From: Roseiarcus sp.
GTDB taxonomy: Bacteria > Pseudomonadota > Alphaproteobacteria > Rhizobiales > Beijerinckiaceae
Assembly (NCBI GenBank): GCA_036521435.1
Contig: DATDHT010000056.1
Span: 1 to 62,509, forward strand
Direction: 5' to 3'
Length of the DNA stretch: 62,509 nucleotides
Made by a program: the position numbers and the translations under genes. This document shows, piece after piece, positions 61,353-62,509 of the stretch (position 1 is the first letter of the stretch; each line of letters begins with the position of its first letter). Below the pieces are notes generated by a model that was not told where the DNA came from, did no database searches, and worked only from the letters and a program-made list of their open reading frames with translations.

Positions 61353-62509
61353 ATACCAGAGGCTCTGCTGGCTGACTCATGGGGATTCCCGAATCGTGGC
61401 GGGGCTGATTCAAGTTGGCGCGGAGGATTCGCGCCATGCCATCAGCGATCAGATTGCGAGAGGACTATTCGGCCGAAGAGCCTTCGGGCGTCGGCCTGGC
61501 GGTCGAAGAACGTCAACCAGAGCCGGCGGCTTCTTTCGCTGGCTGCGGTCAGGGATGGAATGGATCGGGGTGCCGCCGCGAAGATCGGCGGTATGGACCG
61601 CCAGACGCTGCGCGACTGGGTCCATCGCTTCAACGCTTCGGGTCCGAACAGGCTTCTCGACAATTGGACCGAAGGTCCAAAGCCTCGCCTTTCGGCGGAG
61701 CGACTGGCCCGGTCGCGCAGATCGTCGAGGTGGGCCCTGGCAGATCGTCGAGGCGGACCCGGATCGTGAGGTCGACGGCGTCGTGCGCTGGCGTCGGCTC
61801 GACCTCAAGCGCGTCATCGCCGAGAGGTTCGGCGTCGACTTTCATCCACGCTATGTCGGAAAGCTCCTCAAGAAGCTTGGCTTCTCCCATATCAGTGCGC
61901 GGCCCCCCTCATCCGGCTGAGGGCGAGCGGATCGTCGAGGCTTCCAAAAAATTTCCGCACGCGCTGAAGGCTCATCTCGACTGCCTGCCCGAGATCACGC
62001 CGGTCGAAATCTGGTTTGAAGACGAGGCTCGGATCGGCCAGAAGAACGGCCAGGTTCGGCAGTGGGCCAGGCGCGGGACGCGTCCTCGCCAGGCCGCCGA
62101 CCAGCGCTACGACAACGCCTATCTGTTCGGCGCGATCTGCCCGGCCCGCGGCGTCGGCGCGGCCCTCGCGCTGCCCTACGCCGACGCTGACATGATGCAG
62201 CTCCACTTCGACGAAATCTCGCGCAACGTCGCCGCGGGCGCCCATGCCGTGCTGCTGCTCGACCGCGCCGGATGGCACACCACGAGCAAGCTCGACGTGC
62301 CTGACAACATCACGCCGATCTTCCTGCCCCCCCCGCTCCCCGGAGCTGAACCCGGTCGAGAACGTCTGGCAGTATCTCCGCCAGAACTGGCTCTCAAACA
62401 CCGTCTTCGAAAACTACGACGCAATCGTCGACGCCGCATGCGCCGCTTGGCGAAAGCTGATCGCCCAGCCCGAAACGATCACCTCTATCGGAATGCGCGA
62501 CTGGGCTCA
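61352..62509 (+). mobile_element. IS630-family element (frameshifted), running off the window
   Basis: Starts TATACCAG; GMDRQTLRDWVHRFN, DGVVRWRRLDLK, LGFSHISARP, A6 slippery tract near 61946, WFEDEARIGQK, LDRAGWH, PELNPVEN. Confidence 0.9.

Overview
A high-GC, mostly core-genome segment that looks like a Rhizobiales (Hyphomicrobiales) alphaproteobacterium, judged from gene content and promoter/riboswitch motifs. Left to right: the right end of an IS1595-family element; metZ under a SAM-II (alpha-type) riboswitch, divergent from dcd; secE-nusG without the usual rplK-rplA, followed by a small glycan-modification cluster (methyltransferase, ACP, two GT2, epimerase); trxB with a VtlR/LsrB-like LysR regulator; betC; a radical-SAM + DUF4130/UdgX-fusion DNA-metabolism operon with a LexA-like box over its start; an RgpF-like protein; usg behind a CIRCE-like site; a beta-oxidation cluster; two TPR proteins; an orphan aapJ; rpsU; accBC behind an uncharacterised molybdoenzyme; a secreted single-HKD PLD protein; hdaA-purMN; ppk1-ppx; a standalone HerA-like ATPase; sufBCDS-sufT; aapQMP; and finally a cluster of decayed IS elements (IS701, IS630 x3, IS3) around purD and a patatin pseudogene. 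No CRISPR array, rRNA or tRNA was recognised. The best candidate for a poorly understood system is the probably SOS-regulated radical-SAM/UdgX operon: its families are known but its function is not. All calls come from reading the sequence by eye; no searches were run.
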